This document shows, piece after piece, positions 18,809 through 27,705 of a stretch of 64,000 nucleotides of DNA. A program made the position numbers and the translations under genes. Below the pieces are notes generated by a model that worked only from the letters and a program-made list of their open reading frames with translations, did not search any database and had not been told where the DNA came from. Origin of the DNA: Nitrospinia bacterium (lineage in GTDB: Bacteria > Nitrospinota > Nitrospinia > Nitrospinales > JAJDAT01); NCBI GenBank assembly GCA_029261715.1, contig JAJDAT010000037.1:64141-128140 (forward strand), written 5' to 3'. Numbering within the stretch: position 1 is the stretch's first letter; each line of letters opens with the position of its first letter.

Positions 18809-18988
18809 AGACTTGTTAAATATTTCTTATGGAAAATTCATGAGCCAGGAGGAACCTATCATGTCATGTTGCGCGGCAATGGAGGCCAAGTCATTTTCTG
18901 CGACGATGAAGATCGTCTGAAGCTATTTCCCCTAATTGAGGAAGGAGTTAGCCGTTTTCAATACCAAATGCACGGATTTGGAGGATAA
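18809..18988 (+). pseudogene. Fragment of a Y1 (IS200-like / REP-associated, COG1943-type) transposase-like gene: N-terminal ~57 codons only
   Basis: My translation: KIHEPGGTYHVMLRGNGGQVIFCDDEDRLKLFPLIEEGVSRFQYQMHGFGG*. It matches the remembered family block PGxxYHV(M/I)xRGNxxQxIFxDDxDRxxFxxLLxEGxxRFxxxxHAF, then stops just before the expected CLMxNHxHLL (HUH) motif. The ATG at 18829 is out of frame by one base. Confidence 0.6.
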
Positions 18989-19038
18989 TAAGAAAGATCC
19001 AAACCAGGTCTTAAATTTTCCCAAACAAGTTAATGTGA

Positions 19039-20331
19039 CTATACCGGCAAAGGGAAGAGTAGAGGTGGAGTTGGAGGTGGAGTTGGCGACCATGGCAGAA
19101 GTATCGGTGAAGAAACGGGTGGAGGTAGCATGATTTCAAGACTATTTTCTCGTTGAGTGAGAAGAGTTTCTGCGCTAGTCATTATCTGGGCGAGAGCTCG
19201 ATCTTGTGGCAACAGTAATTGGTTATGCTGAATCGAGAGTGGAGATTGTAATATTAGGTTATTTACGTAGGAGTGACGATCTATAACATTGTTTGATAAA
19301 GCATGGAATTTAGCGCTGAATGTGATATTTCCAATTTGGACAGTATGGTGTGATTTCGATAACATCGCTGCGAGCCAAGTAACTAATCCGTGGCATTCTT
19401 TCTTATGGACCGATGAAGTGAAGTTTACGGGGAGGCCCACGCACGGGTAGCGAGGTAATGGTATTCGCGAAAGTGCAATCGAATTCGCGCCGAACATCGG
19501 GTTATACCCGCCAGCGACAAGATGTTCCTCATATTTTGGTGGGTCGCAGTTTCTTAGAAATAATTCATATTCCCTATTGGTGCGTGCATCAATTTGGAGA
19601 TCTAACACGTCGCGTTGACACATGTGACGCGGACGAGGAACAAGGTTTTCATCGGGACCAAAGCAATATTTCATCATCGCTAACTCTAGGTAAATTAGGT
19701 GGAGTGTGAAAGCATATATATTACGCTTTGCTTCGGCATAGAATGCGCACATGGCAAGTATCGGACAAAAACGATCAAGGTAATAGTCCCTGCTGGTGTA
19801 TCTCCCCGTTAAGACTGCATGTATGCCTTGAAGAATATCCCAATCGGAGAAATTTTTATATTCCATATCTACAAGCAAGTTTCTTAGATGTGGATATGCC
19901 GGAGGCTGACGAGGATTTTCCAACGGGCGGTGAAAAGGACCACAATCTTGCAGGTAACCTTGAGGATAGACCGCACGCGATCCGTACTCAAATATCCAGC
20001 GCCCGCCTGCCGAATGATGAAGGGAGAATCCTGAACTTTTCTCGCATAAGGTTCGCCACCCGGGCCTAGTCTGTGGCGATGCGTATGGGTAATAGTAAGT
20101 ACCTCCTCCTAGAACTGGGTCGAAAACCTGCCTATTTATATCGACGATATTGCGATACATCCTCATTATTGCAGTTCCAGGAATGCTGTGGAAGGTGGGA
20201 CGGACTCCTGAAGAGACTAATTCTATACCTAAGACAGTTTTTTCTCTCATTTTCGAAATGTTGAAACCATTCGCCAAACGACAGGGACTAAAATAATAAT
20301 CGCTCCGCTGTAGCTCTCCAATGTTCTCCAA
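19039..20331 (-). CDS. Orphan 430-aa protein of unknown function (Cys/His/Tyr/Pro/Arg-rich, proline-rich C-terminal tail)
   Basis: 1293-nt ORF with no stops in DNA of about 47% GC. The only start options are TTG (20331) or an internal ATG (20250). No signal peptide, TM helix or catalytic motif that I can recognise. Confidence 0.55.
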   Translation of the reverse strand: MENIGELQRSDYYFSPCRLANGFNISKMREKTVLGIELVSSGVRPTFHSIPGTAIMRMYRNIVDINRQVFDPVLGGGTYYYPYASPQTRPGWRTLCEKSSGFSLHHSAGGRWIFEYGSRAVYPQGYLQDCGPFHRPLENPRQPPAYPHLRNLLVDMEYKNFSDWDILQGIHAVLTGRYTSRDYYLDRFCPILAMCAFYAEAKRNIYAFTLHLIYLELAMMKYCFGPDENLVPRPRHMCQRDVLDLQIDARTNREYELFLRNCDPPKYEEHLVAGGYNPMFGANSIALSRIPLPRYPCVGLPVNFTSSVHKKECHGLVTWLAAMLSKSHHTVQIGNITFSAKFHALSNNVIDRHSYVNNLILQSPLSIQHNQLLLPQDRALAQIMTSAETLLTQRENSLEIMLPPPVSSPILLPWSPTPPPTPPLLFPLPV

Positions 20332-20986
20332 CTCTATAGTTTATAGATGAAAGCGGAAATCCCAGTGGGTATTATTTGGTCTGCTTTCTTTGCACCGGTT
20401 TACCAGTCAAAGCTACGTCCGCTCCACAGTTTCGAGCGCATAATCTTATCCATTAAATTTATATTAAGGTCCCGCGCTCTGTGCAATAAACGACACAGGA
20501 GTCAATTCGCATATCTCACCTCCGCCACTTGATAGAAAGAAAATATCGATTGCATAAAAATCACACTTTAATTATCCAGGTAATAAAACTACCCCTTATC
20601 AATATATTTTATACATGCAAAAAAACATAAAAGCCAAAAAAAAACTATAACTCATTTAAAAATAATAACATTATCCCTAAAATCGCTTTTTTATAATTTT
20701 TACTTAAAAAAATTCGCTACCTTAATTTTTGCGATCAATAATTATTTATTTTTAACAATCGGAATTTACTAAAACTTGCGCGAATAAAACCTCGGATCAC
20801 TGTCGTCGAATCGCTGTCGCATGATTTCACGGATTTATTAAGGAAATAATTTTATGGAATCGGGGTGCCCCTTTGGCCAGGCTTCTAAGGAACTAAGAGT
20901 AATTAAAAAACTAAATTGTTAATCACCGCAAAGTTAGCGATAGGTTGTCACCCTTCGAGAACCTCCTACGGACAAGGAGTTCATTG

Positions 20987-21045
20987 TATTGAATCGAGGC
21001 AAGATCCTTCGCCGATATTAAAACATCGCCTCAGGAGGACATGCG
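20987..21045 (+). repeat. Copy 1 of a 59-nt dispersed motif (hairpin-containing, REP-like or structured RNA)
   Basis: 46/59 positions are identical to 61907-61965 by my hand alignment. The conserved flanks AATCGAGGCRAGATCCTTCRCC and GCYTCAGGAKGACAYG surround a hairpin with compensatory substitutions. Confidence 0.6.
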
Positions 21046-21194
21046 ATGGGAGGCGGGTTTTGACTGGATTTTATGTGGTTTATGGTTTTGGGATACACCT
21101 TAAACGCTAAACAAAAAAACAATCTTGACATCGTTTGTTTCATAACAAACACTATGAACAAATTAGATGGGATGTTGAAAAAAATAATTTTAAC

Positions 21195-24100
21195 CTAACG
21201 ATAACTTTTACCTAAATAAGCTCGCAAAGTTGGCGGAAAAGCTCTGTGAATCAGGGCTTGCTGAATTTCTTCCCGAGCATCTCCAACATCCCCTAAATAC
21301 TTTACTTCTTTCGATTCTAATAAAGCAATCGGAACGCCATCGCGGTATAAAACGCGATTTCCAGCCACTCTCGCTACCTTCTTACCCGGTAAAATAATTC
21401 CTAGTAAGTTTAAGGGATCAGAAGAAGATAAAACCACAAGTTGAGATCGTTTTTTTTCTTTTGAAACTTGCCTCAGCCGATCAACCGTCTCTGGTAAAGC
21501 AAACTGTTCTCCAATCGCTCCGGCGACAAAACGTCCTCCTCTAAGCGTTCCTTTCAATTCCATACGCCGAAGCGCATGCACAAGAATCCTCCATGGAGGA
21601 GAAAAAACTTCTTTTTCCAGGATTTGTTTAAATAAGACTCCCCAACGTTTCAAATAAACAAAAATCAACCGTTCCATTTGATCGTTATCCAACGGCGTTA
21701 TGCCTGTTTCATTTATAATAAGCGACCATCGTCCGGCTCTTTCAATCCCATATGCGCTTTTACGCGCCCGCCGCGCCCTGTTACCGTTCAACTTGTAGGA
21801 ATTAGGAGTGAGCAAAGCTCTCAAACCCGTAAAATTATCAGAAGTAACTTTTCCGGCAGCTACGAGTTCGCCAATTCCTTCTTCTACTTGTGTCTTAATT
21901 AGTCGAGTCCGTTTGACAATATCGTCAAAAAAACTAGCGCCATGAATTTCAATATCATTTTTAATTAGATCAGCGTTTGCGCTAACAGATAATGGCTCTA
22001 ATTGATTTGCCATCAACGCTTGCCATAAATCCATATTACTCCTGGAAACAAAATTAATTGGAGTGCTTTTTATCGCTCCCGTTCGCTTACCTTCATTAAC
22101 TGTCGGCTTTGCTTGATAAAACCTTCCCCACACAAAACTACCGCTTATGCACAACATATCCAACCAATTAGGATCGTAGCGATCAACTCGCGCGGATAGA
22201 ATATCAGCTTCCCATGCGGCTGCAGGAGCCGCTATTCCTTCAAGTCGCTCCAACCCCTTTTCCAGCGAATCTAATCCTGTAGGCAGTGGGTCCAAAGTAA
22301 CTTGATGCCGATCAAACAAAAACCTCATATAATCTTGAAGAGAAACCGGTTGTACGCTTCGACGATGGATGTCGATAGTGTATCTATGAATACGCTGTAA
22401 AAGTCTTCGTTCACACCATTCTTCTTTTTCAGATCCAGGTGTATAGCGACCTCGAAATACAAAACCCTCGTTTTCTAGCGCTAACAAAGCCAAATCAATT
22501 TCTTTTTCCGGCAATCCAATATCCTGGGCTAATCTCTCAACAATCACAGGTCCCAGACCTTCCAACCTGCCTCGAACAATTTCCCGCAAAGCAAGTTCCT
22601 TAGACCAATCTTCTTTTTCTAACCATTCAGGTAATTTAAGATCGCAATCAATTCTAAACTCACTAAAAATAGCTTTAAATTGAGGCAGTCTTTCAGCCGC
22701 AATCCATAATGTTTTTTGATTGGTAATAAATCTAGTCGCTCTACCAGAATCAATTAAAGCGCTAAAAAAACTGGCATAAGGGCTTTCTCCTCCTCTTTCA
22801 CCTTCTTCTTCCGTCATAAAACCCAGCAAGAGAAGAGCATCGTGCAATTCATCGTTGTTTCTTACGTACGGCCAAGCTTCTTCTTTAACTTTAAGGACAG
22901 CCTCCCCATCAAGAGAACCGAACTCTGAAGCTTCTTTCGGGTCCAACCATCTACGATTACGAATTGCATTTGTTCTTCTTTCTTCAAACGGAGCGTCGTC
23001 TAAAAACGCATAAGGGCGGGCATTTATAATTTCTTGAGCAAATGGAGAAGGTTCGCGAAGATCTTTAGCCACCAATTCTAATTCTTTCTTTTCAACTTTT
23101 TTAACAACTTCTTCTAATTCTTCAATATCCATTGCTTCGGTAAGGCAATCATGGACAGTTTGTTTAACAAGAGGATGATCTGGAATTTCGCGCGCTCCTT
23201 GAATATTTTCCAAACAAGCTATTTGATCTGGAAATACTTGAGCGACTAAATCTTCGGCTTGCATCCTCTGTAACTGAGGAGGAACTCGTTTGCCGCTTCT
23301 ATTGCGTTGAATTGCCAAAGCTCTGGTTGCATTCCAACGCCAGCGCACTTCGAACATTGGAGCGTCAAGAAGCGCCTGCGAAAGAACGTCGCGTAACGTC
23401 TTTTCTTTTAAAAAACCAAAAACTTCGTCTAAAACAAAACTATGGACCGACCCCATAGAAATCACAATGCTGTCTTCATTTGCCGCCGCTTGTAATTCAA
23501 AATTAAACGCCCGACATAACCTCTTACGCAAAGCCAATCCCCACCCCTTATTCACGCGGCTCCCAAAAGGAGAGTGAACAACCATATGCATGTCGCCAAC
23601 CTCATCAAAGAATCGCTCTAAAACTATTCTCTCTCTAGTTGGCATACCACCCAACGCGTTTTGTCCCGCAAGTAAATACAAAACTAATTGTTCTGCCGCA
23701 TAAGCAGATAAACCAATTTCCGCAACTAACCATTGCGTCGCTTGATCTTTTGTCCTCGAATCATTAGGATTAATTTGGAGTTCGACAGAAGAACTATCTT
23801 CCAAAAGACGACTGACTGTCGAACGCAATCGCGAAACCGCCTCGGATAACTCTTTAGTTCTCCCCGGCCCTTCTCCAAACCAAAAAGGTATAGTCGGGGG
23901 TAACCCCTTTGCGTCTCGAACTCGGACATTAAGTCCTTCAATGCGGATCATTTGCCAACAATGGCTTCCCAGAGCAAAAATATCTCCCGGAAGCGATTCA
24001 AGCGCAAAATCTTCATTTAACGAACCCACTACAATATTTTCAGGATCAAGGACTACATTGTAGTCAAACATATCTGGAATTGCGCCGCCGTTTGTTAACG

Positions 24101-25571
24101 AAGTGAGTCGAGCGTTTTTTCTAGCTTTCACTCTATTATTTATTGCGTCCAAATATAAAAAAGCGCCTCTACGTCCACGACGAGTCGTAAACCCTTCGCT
24201 TAGCATCTTAATAATGGAAAAAAATTCTTTTTCGCTTAAGTCCCTATAAGAATACGCTCCTGAAAAAACTTTATATAATGCGTCAACCTCCCATTCATCC
24301 CCAGACACCTCGGCGACAATTTGTTGCGCTAATATATCTAACGGCTTTTCTGGAGGCTTGATTCGATCTAACTCTCCTCTACGAATCGCATCCAGCAACG
24401 CGGCGCATTCCACCAAATCGTCGCGAGTCAACGGAAACAAAATTCCTTTAGGAACGCCTCCAACCCAATGACCGCTTCGCCCCACCCTTTGAATAAAAGC
24501 GGCAATACTCTTCGGCGAAGCAAACTGTACAACCAAATCGACGCTTCCAATATCAATTCCCAATTCCATAGAAGCCGTAGCGACCAAAACTTTGAGCTCT
24601 CCGCGTTTGAGCCTTTGTTCTGCCGAATGGCGATGTTCTTTGCTCATGCTTCCATGGTGCGATGAAACGTGGTCCTCTCCGACTTGCTCGGCAAGCGCCA
24701 TAGCCAAACGCTCCGCTAAACGCCGGGTATTTACAAAAATGAGCGTCGTTCTATGCTGCTCAATAAGCTCTACCAATCTTTTATAAATTTCTGCCCAAGC
24801 TTCGTTACTCATTACCGCAGTTAGAGGTGATTGTGGAACCTCTAAACTCAGTTCGAAGTTTCGTCGCAGACCAGTATCAACAAGTTTGCAATTTGGCTTT
24901 CCTTTATGAATATTTTTATTTCCCACTAAAAACTTTGCGACCGTCTCTATGGGTTTTTGCGTAGCGGAAAGTCCAATACGTTGAACAGGATTGCCAACTA
25001 AAGCCTCTAAGCGCTCAATCGATAACGCTAAATGGGAACCTCTTTTATCGCCAAGTAAAGCGTGTATTTCATCCACAATCAGCGTTTGAACGCTATTCAA
25101 CATCTTTCTACCACTGTCGCTTGTTAACAGCAGGTAAAAAGATTCTGGAGTGGTCACTAAAATATGAGGAGGTTTTTTGACCATCTTTTGACGGTCGCTT
25201 TGACTTGTATCGCCGCTTCTAACAGCAATAGTAATATTTATTTTTGACAGGTTTAAACGATCAAGTTCTTCCTTAATACCTGCAAGAGGAACTTCTAAGT
25301 TTCTGTGAATATCGTTACTTAAAGCTTTAAGAGGAGAGATATAAACGACATAGGTTTGATCAACCAAAGATTCGTTTAAGCCAAGCTTTATCAAACCATC
25401 AATAGCCGCATAAAAAGCGGCCAGGGTTTTTCCGCTTCCTGTTGGAGCTGCAATCAAGGTGTGATTTCCATTTTTAATAAACGGCCAGGCTTGAGATTGA
25501 GCTTCTGTGGGGCTGCCCAAACTTTTTTCAAACCAAGTTCGCGTTGTTATGTGGAAATCGCTTAAAGGCAT
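21195..25571 (-). CDS. lhr: Lhr-family large ATP-dependent DEAD/DEAH-box helicase
   Basis: 1458 aa. Motif I AAPTGSGKT, motif II DEIH, SAT (LSAT), motif VI QRVGRSGH, and a long Lhr-type C-terminal extension. Confidence 0.9.
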   Translation of the reverse strand: MPLSDFHITTRTWFEKSLGSPTEAQSQAWPFIKNGNHTLIAAPTGSGKTLAAFYAAIDGLIKLGLNESLVDQTYVVYISPLKALSNDIHRNLEVPLAGIKEELDRLNLSKINITIAVRSGDTSQSDRQKMVKKPPHILVTTPESFYLLLTSDSGRKMLNSVQTLIVDEIHALLGDKRGSHLALSIERLEALVGNPVQRIGLSATQKPIETVAKFLVGNKNIHKGKPNCKLVDTGLRRNFELSLEVPQSPLTAVMSNEAWAEIYKRLVELIEQHRTTLIFVNTRRLAERLAMALAEQVGEDHVSSHHGSMSKEHRHSAEQRLKRGELKVLVATASMELGIDIGSVDLVVQFASPKSIAAFIQRVGRSGHWVGGVPKGILFPLTRDDLVECAALLDAIRRGELDRIKPPEKPLDILAQQIVAEVSGDEWEVDALYKVFSGAYSYRDLSEKEFFSIIKMLSEGFTTRRGRRGAFLYLDAINNRVKARKNARLTSLTNGGAIPDMFDYNVVLDPENIVVGSLNEDFALESLPGDIFALGSHCWQMIRIEGLNVRVRDAKGLPPTIPFWFGEGPGRTKELSEAVSRLRSTVSRLLEDSSSVELQINPNDSRTKDQATQWLVAEIGLSAYAAEQLVLYLLAGQNALGGMPTRERIVLERFFDEVGDMHMVVHSPFGSRVNKGWGLALRKRLCRAFNFELQAAANEDSIVISMGSVHSFVLDEVFGFLKEKTLRDVLSQALLDAPMFEVRWRWNATRALAIQRNRSGKRVPPQLQRMQAEDLVAQVFPDQIACLENIQGAREIPDHPLVKQTVHDCLTEAMDIEELEEVVKKVEKKELELVAKDLREPSPFAQEIINARPYAFLDDAPFEERRTNAIRNRRWLDPKEASEFGSLDGEAVLKVKEEAWPYVRNNDELHDALLLLGFMTEEEGERGGESPYASFFSALIDSGRATRFITNQKTLWIAAERLPQFKAIFSEFRIDCDLKLPEWLEKEDWSKELALREIVRGRLEGLGPVIVERLAQDIGLPEKEIDLALLALENEGFVFRGRYTPGSEKEEWCERRLLQRIHRYTIDIHRRSVQPVSLQDYMRFLFDRHQVTLDPLPTGLDSLEKGLERLEGIAAPAAAWEADILSARVDRYDPNWLDMLCISGSFVWGRFYQAKPTVNEGKRTGAIKSTPINFVSRSNMDLWQALMANQLEPLSVSANADLIKNDIEIHGASFFDDIVKRTRLIKTQVEEGIGELVAAGKVTSDNFTGLRALLTPNSYKLNGNRARRARKSAYGIERAGRWSLIINETGITPLDNDQMERLIFVYLKRWGVLFKQILEKEVFSPPWRILVHALRRMELKGTLRGGRFVAGAIGEQFALPETVDRLRQVSKEKKRSQLVVLSSSDPLNLLGIILPGKKVARVAGNRVLYRDGVPIALLESKEVKYLGDVGDAREEIQQALIHRAFPPTLRAYLGKSYR

Positions 25572-25588
25572 AGTTTTTGTTAAATTTA

Positions 25589-27367
25589 TTAGTTCAAATA
25601 TTTAAATACAAATATATCTCCATCTACCCATTTTTCTTTTTCTTTTCGCAATTCTACCGACTCTCTTAAAAGCAACTTAAACCCCTTCTGTTTGGCCACT
25701 CTTTCCATAAAAACGTTGTTATGTGCATAACGCCCCGTTTGTCTGATGTGATAATCGCCTTTGTCGCAATTTTCTGTCGATAAAACAAAAATAGCTTCAT
25801 GCTCCGCAACATTCTGCGCCTTTTCAAATAAAGGAGCTGGATCGCCAAGATAAATCAAAACATCTGCCGCAATAATCAAATCAAATTTTTCAGAACTTTC
25901 TGATAAAAACTCCAATATATCGTTTTGGAACAAGGCAGCGTATATCTTTTTTTCTTTTGATTTTTCTATCATCTTTGGCGACAAATCCACTCCTGTAAGA
26001 CGGTCTACAAAAGATGCAAATGATTCTCCCGAAAGACCTGTACCGCAACCTAAATCTAGACAGTTTTTAAATCGATAGTCCTTAGGTAAAACAGTATCGC
26101 AAGCGCTACGCATTAATCGAGGGGCTTTATAACGAAGGTTTTCGACAAGGTGATTCTCAAATCTTTTCGAAAATTCATCAAAAAAATGGCGCACGTAATC
26201 AGAAGGCGCCGTTTCGGGTGTCTTCCCGGTAAGAGCGGCAGTTAAAAAGTCATCTTTAGTCATCGAAACATTTGACTCTTCTTTATCTAAACAAGACGAG
26301 CTAACATATGGAATATCTAAAATAACCTTTCCTTCTAACATATGGTCTTCTTGGCCAAAGACAAAAGCGTTCGATGATAATTCAACCGCTTTTTCTATAT
26401 CTCCCTGCGATTTCATTAAGTCTGCAAAATAATATTGCGCTTCTGAATAATTGGGATCTAGGTCAACCGCTCTCTGGTATTCATTAAAAGCCTGAGAAAA
26501 ATTCTCCAATTGTTGAAAAATTCCCGCCGCTTTATAATGCGCTTTAGCATACTTTGGGTTAATTTTAGTAGCTTGCCGATAACAATCAATAGCTTGATCT
26601 AAAAATTCCATGCTTTCCAATATCAAACCTAAATTGAAATGAGCTTCAAAAAATTTAGGATTGATTTCAATCGCGTGACGATACAATTTTATCGCCTCAT
26701 CTGTTTGTCCAAGTTCTGAAAGAACATTTGCCAAGTTATAAGGAGCTTGATCCAATTCTGGATTCGCCTCCATTGCCTTACGAAAGCAATCTGAAGCTTC
26801 TTTCAAGCGACCCATCTCCAACAAAACATTTCCTAAATCGTTTTGAGCGCGATCATTTTTTGGCGATGAGTTTAAAATCTGTTTGTAAACATATTCAGCT
26901 TCTTCTAGACGACCTTCTTTGTGAAAATGGAACGCTAAATAGCTTGGATCCTGACCAGAGTCTATAGAATGGCGATATGCTTCAACAGCTAAATGACTTT
27001 GACTTTTTGGCGGGTTCTGTGATTTTTTATTTTTACTTGGTTGAGTCGATTTGAGAGCGAGAGCATTTTGAAAGAAATTAAAAGCCTCTTCAAATTTTCT
27101 TTGGGCTTTTAAAGCTAATCCTAAATTGTAAAACGAATAAGGATCTTGAGGATCGTTTTGTATTGCCTTAAAAATTTTTAACGAGGCTTCTTCAAAGTTT
27201 TTAAAACGATAATCTATGATTCCCGACAAATGAAGCGCAATTGCATTGTCTGGATTAGCGGCAAGGACTTTCTCACAAATTTCGCGGGCGCGATTCACAT
27301 CCCCCTTCCTAAAACTTTCATCGGCTCGAAGAAGGCGTTCCCTTAATTCTAAATCAACCTCATTCAT
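25589..27367 (-). CDS. TPR-repeat protein fused to a class I SAM-dependent methyltransferase
   Basis: About 9 TPR units in the N-terminal 330 aa. C-terminal motif I CLDLGCGTGLSG and post-I DLIIAADVLIYLGD. Confidence 0.85.
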   Translation of the reverse strand: MNEVDLELRERLLRADESFRKGDVNRAREICEKVLAANPDNAIALHLSGIIDYRFKNFEEASLKIFKAIQNDPQDPYSFYNLGLALKAQRKFEEAFNFFQNALALKSTQPSKNKKSQNPPKSQSHLAVEAYRHSIDSGQDPSYLAFHFHKEGRLEEAEYVYKQILNSSPKNDRAQNDLGNVLLEMGRLKEASDCFRKAMEANPELDQAPYNLANVLSELGQTDEAIKLYRHAIEINPKFFEAHFNLGLILESMEFLDQAIDCYRQATKINPKYAKAHYKAAGIFQQLENFSQAFNEYQRAVDLDPNYSEAQYYFADLMKSQGDIEKAVELSSNAFVFGQEDHMLEGKVILDIPYVSSSCLDKEESNVSMTKDDFLTAALTGKTPETAPSDYVRHFFDEFSKRFENHLVENLRYKAPRLMRSACDTVLPKDYRFKNCLDLGCGTGLSGESFASFVDRLTGVDLSPKMIEKSKEKKIYAALFQNDILEFLSESSEKFDLIIAADVLIYLGDPAPLFEKAQNVAEHEAIFVLSTENCDKGDYHIRQTGRYAHNNVFMERVAKQKGFKLLLRESVELRKEKEKWVDGDIFVFKYLN

Positions 27368-27384
27368 AGGGATTTACTCTCGTC

Positions 27385-27555
27385 TTATTTTTTTGGCGTT
27401 TCTGAAAACTTCTCAAAGTTTTCCTGTAGCGGAGCCGATCGATCTGGAGTGGGATCAATTAGAGGCCAAATCAGAATAAACACAATAAAACCTACAACGA
27501 TAATACCAATCACAAAACCTATCCAATCGAAAAATGAAAACTTTTCTTTACTCAT
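27385..27555 (-). CDS. Small (56-aa) single-TM protein just upstream of the TPR-methyltransferase gene; below the ORF-track cutoff
   Basis: My translation: MSKEKFSFFDWIGFVIGIIVVGFIVFILIWPLIDPTPDRSAPLQENFEKFSETPKK. Same strand, ending 17 nt before the downstream start. Confidence 0.35.
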   Translation of the reverse strand: MSKEKFSFFDWIGFVIGIIVVGFIVFILIWPLIDPTPDRSAPLQENFEKFSETPKK

Positions 27556-27705
27556 TATTAATTCTAAGGAATTAGAGATTAAATTGAAAAATCAAACCTG
27601 TTTTTTCTTATTAAACAAAAGGTTCCAGAAGAGCTTTTTCTAAATAATACATAAAGAAAACTGAACTCATTAAACTCGCAATATATTCTTATTCATAATA
27701 TCCAC

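Larger units (their letters stand above)
18163..20569. other. Compositionally atypical (GC-richer) segment, probable horizontally acquired insert
   Basis: Hand counts give 30/60 G+C at 19981-20040 against 21/60 at 17041-17100. Amino-acid usage of the enclosed ORFs is atypical. 9-nt direct repeat TCACACTTT at 18178-18186 and 20561-20569. Confidence 0.5.

Noticed and set aside
19458-20264. Three plus-strand ORFs (19458-19709, 19728-20069, 20073-20264) that together almost tile the antisense strand of the 430-codon ORF. I considered them as a broken plus-strand gene, for example the missing remainder of the Y1 transposase.
   Set aside because: Their translations contain none of the expected Y1 blocks (NHxHLL, GHLFQGRYK, YIHxNP, YPWS) and look non-protein-like. 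The opposite strand carries one uninterrupted 430-codon frame, which is the simpler explanation.
19039-20331. The idea that the 430-aa ORF is a TnpB/IscB-type nuclease, the usual partner of a Y1 transposase in IS200/IS605 elements.
   Set aside because: I see no RuvC-like D...E...D context (no GIDLG-type motif) and no CxxC...CxxC zinc finger. The adjacent transposase fragment also belongs to the REP/COG1943-like branch rather than to classic IS200 TnpA.
20420-20473. A 17-codon upstream ORF (MDKIMRSKLWSGRSFDW) in front of the 430-codon ORF, considered as a leader peptide.
   Set aside because: It is too short, has no SD, and lies in a region where all frames are fairly open. The GRSF/MDK resemblance to the 123-codon ORF is not supported at nucleotide level.
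20916-21110. A 64-aa plus-strand ORF overlapping motif copy 1.
   Set aside because: It has a TTG start, no SD and an Arg/Cys/Gly-rich non-protein-like translation. The region is better explained by the conserved nucleotide motif.
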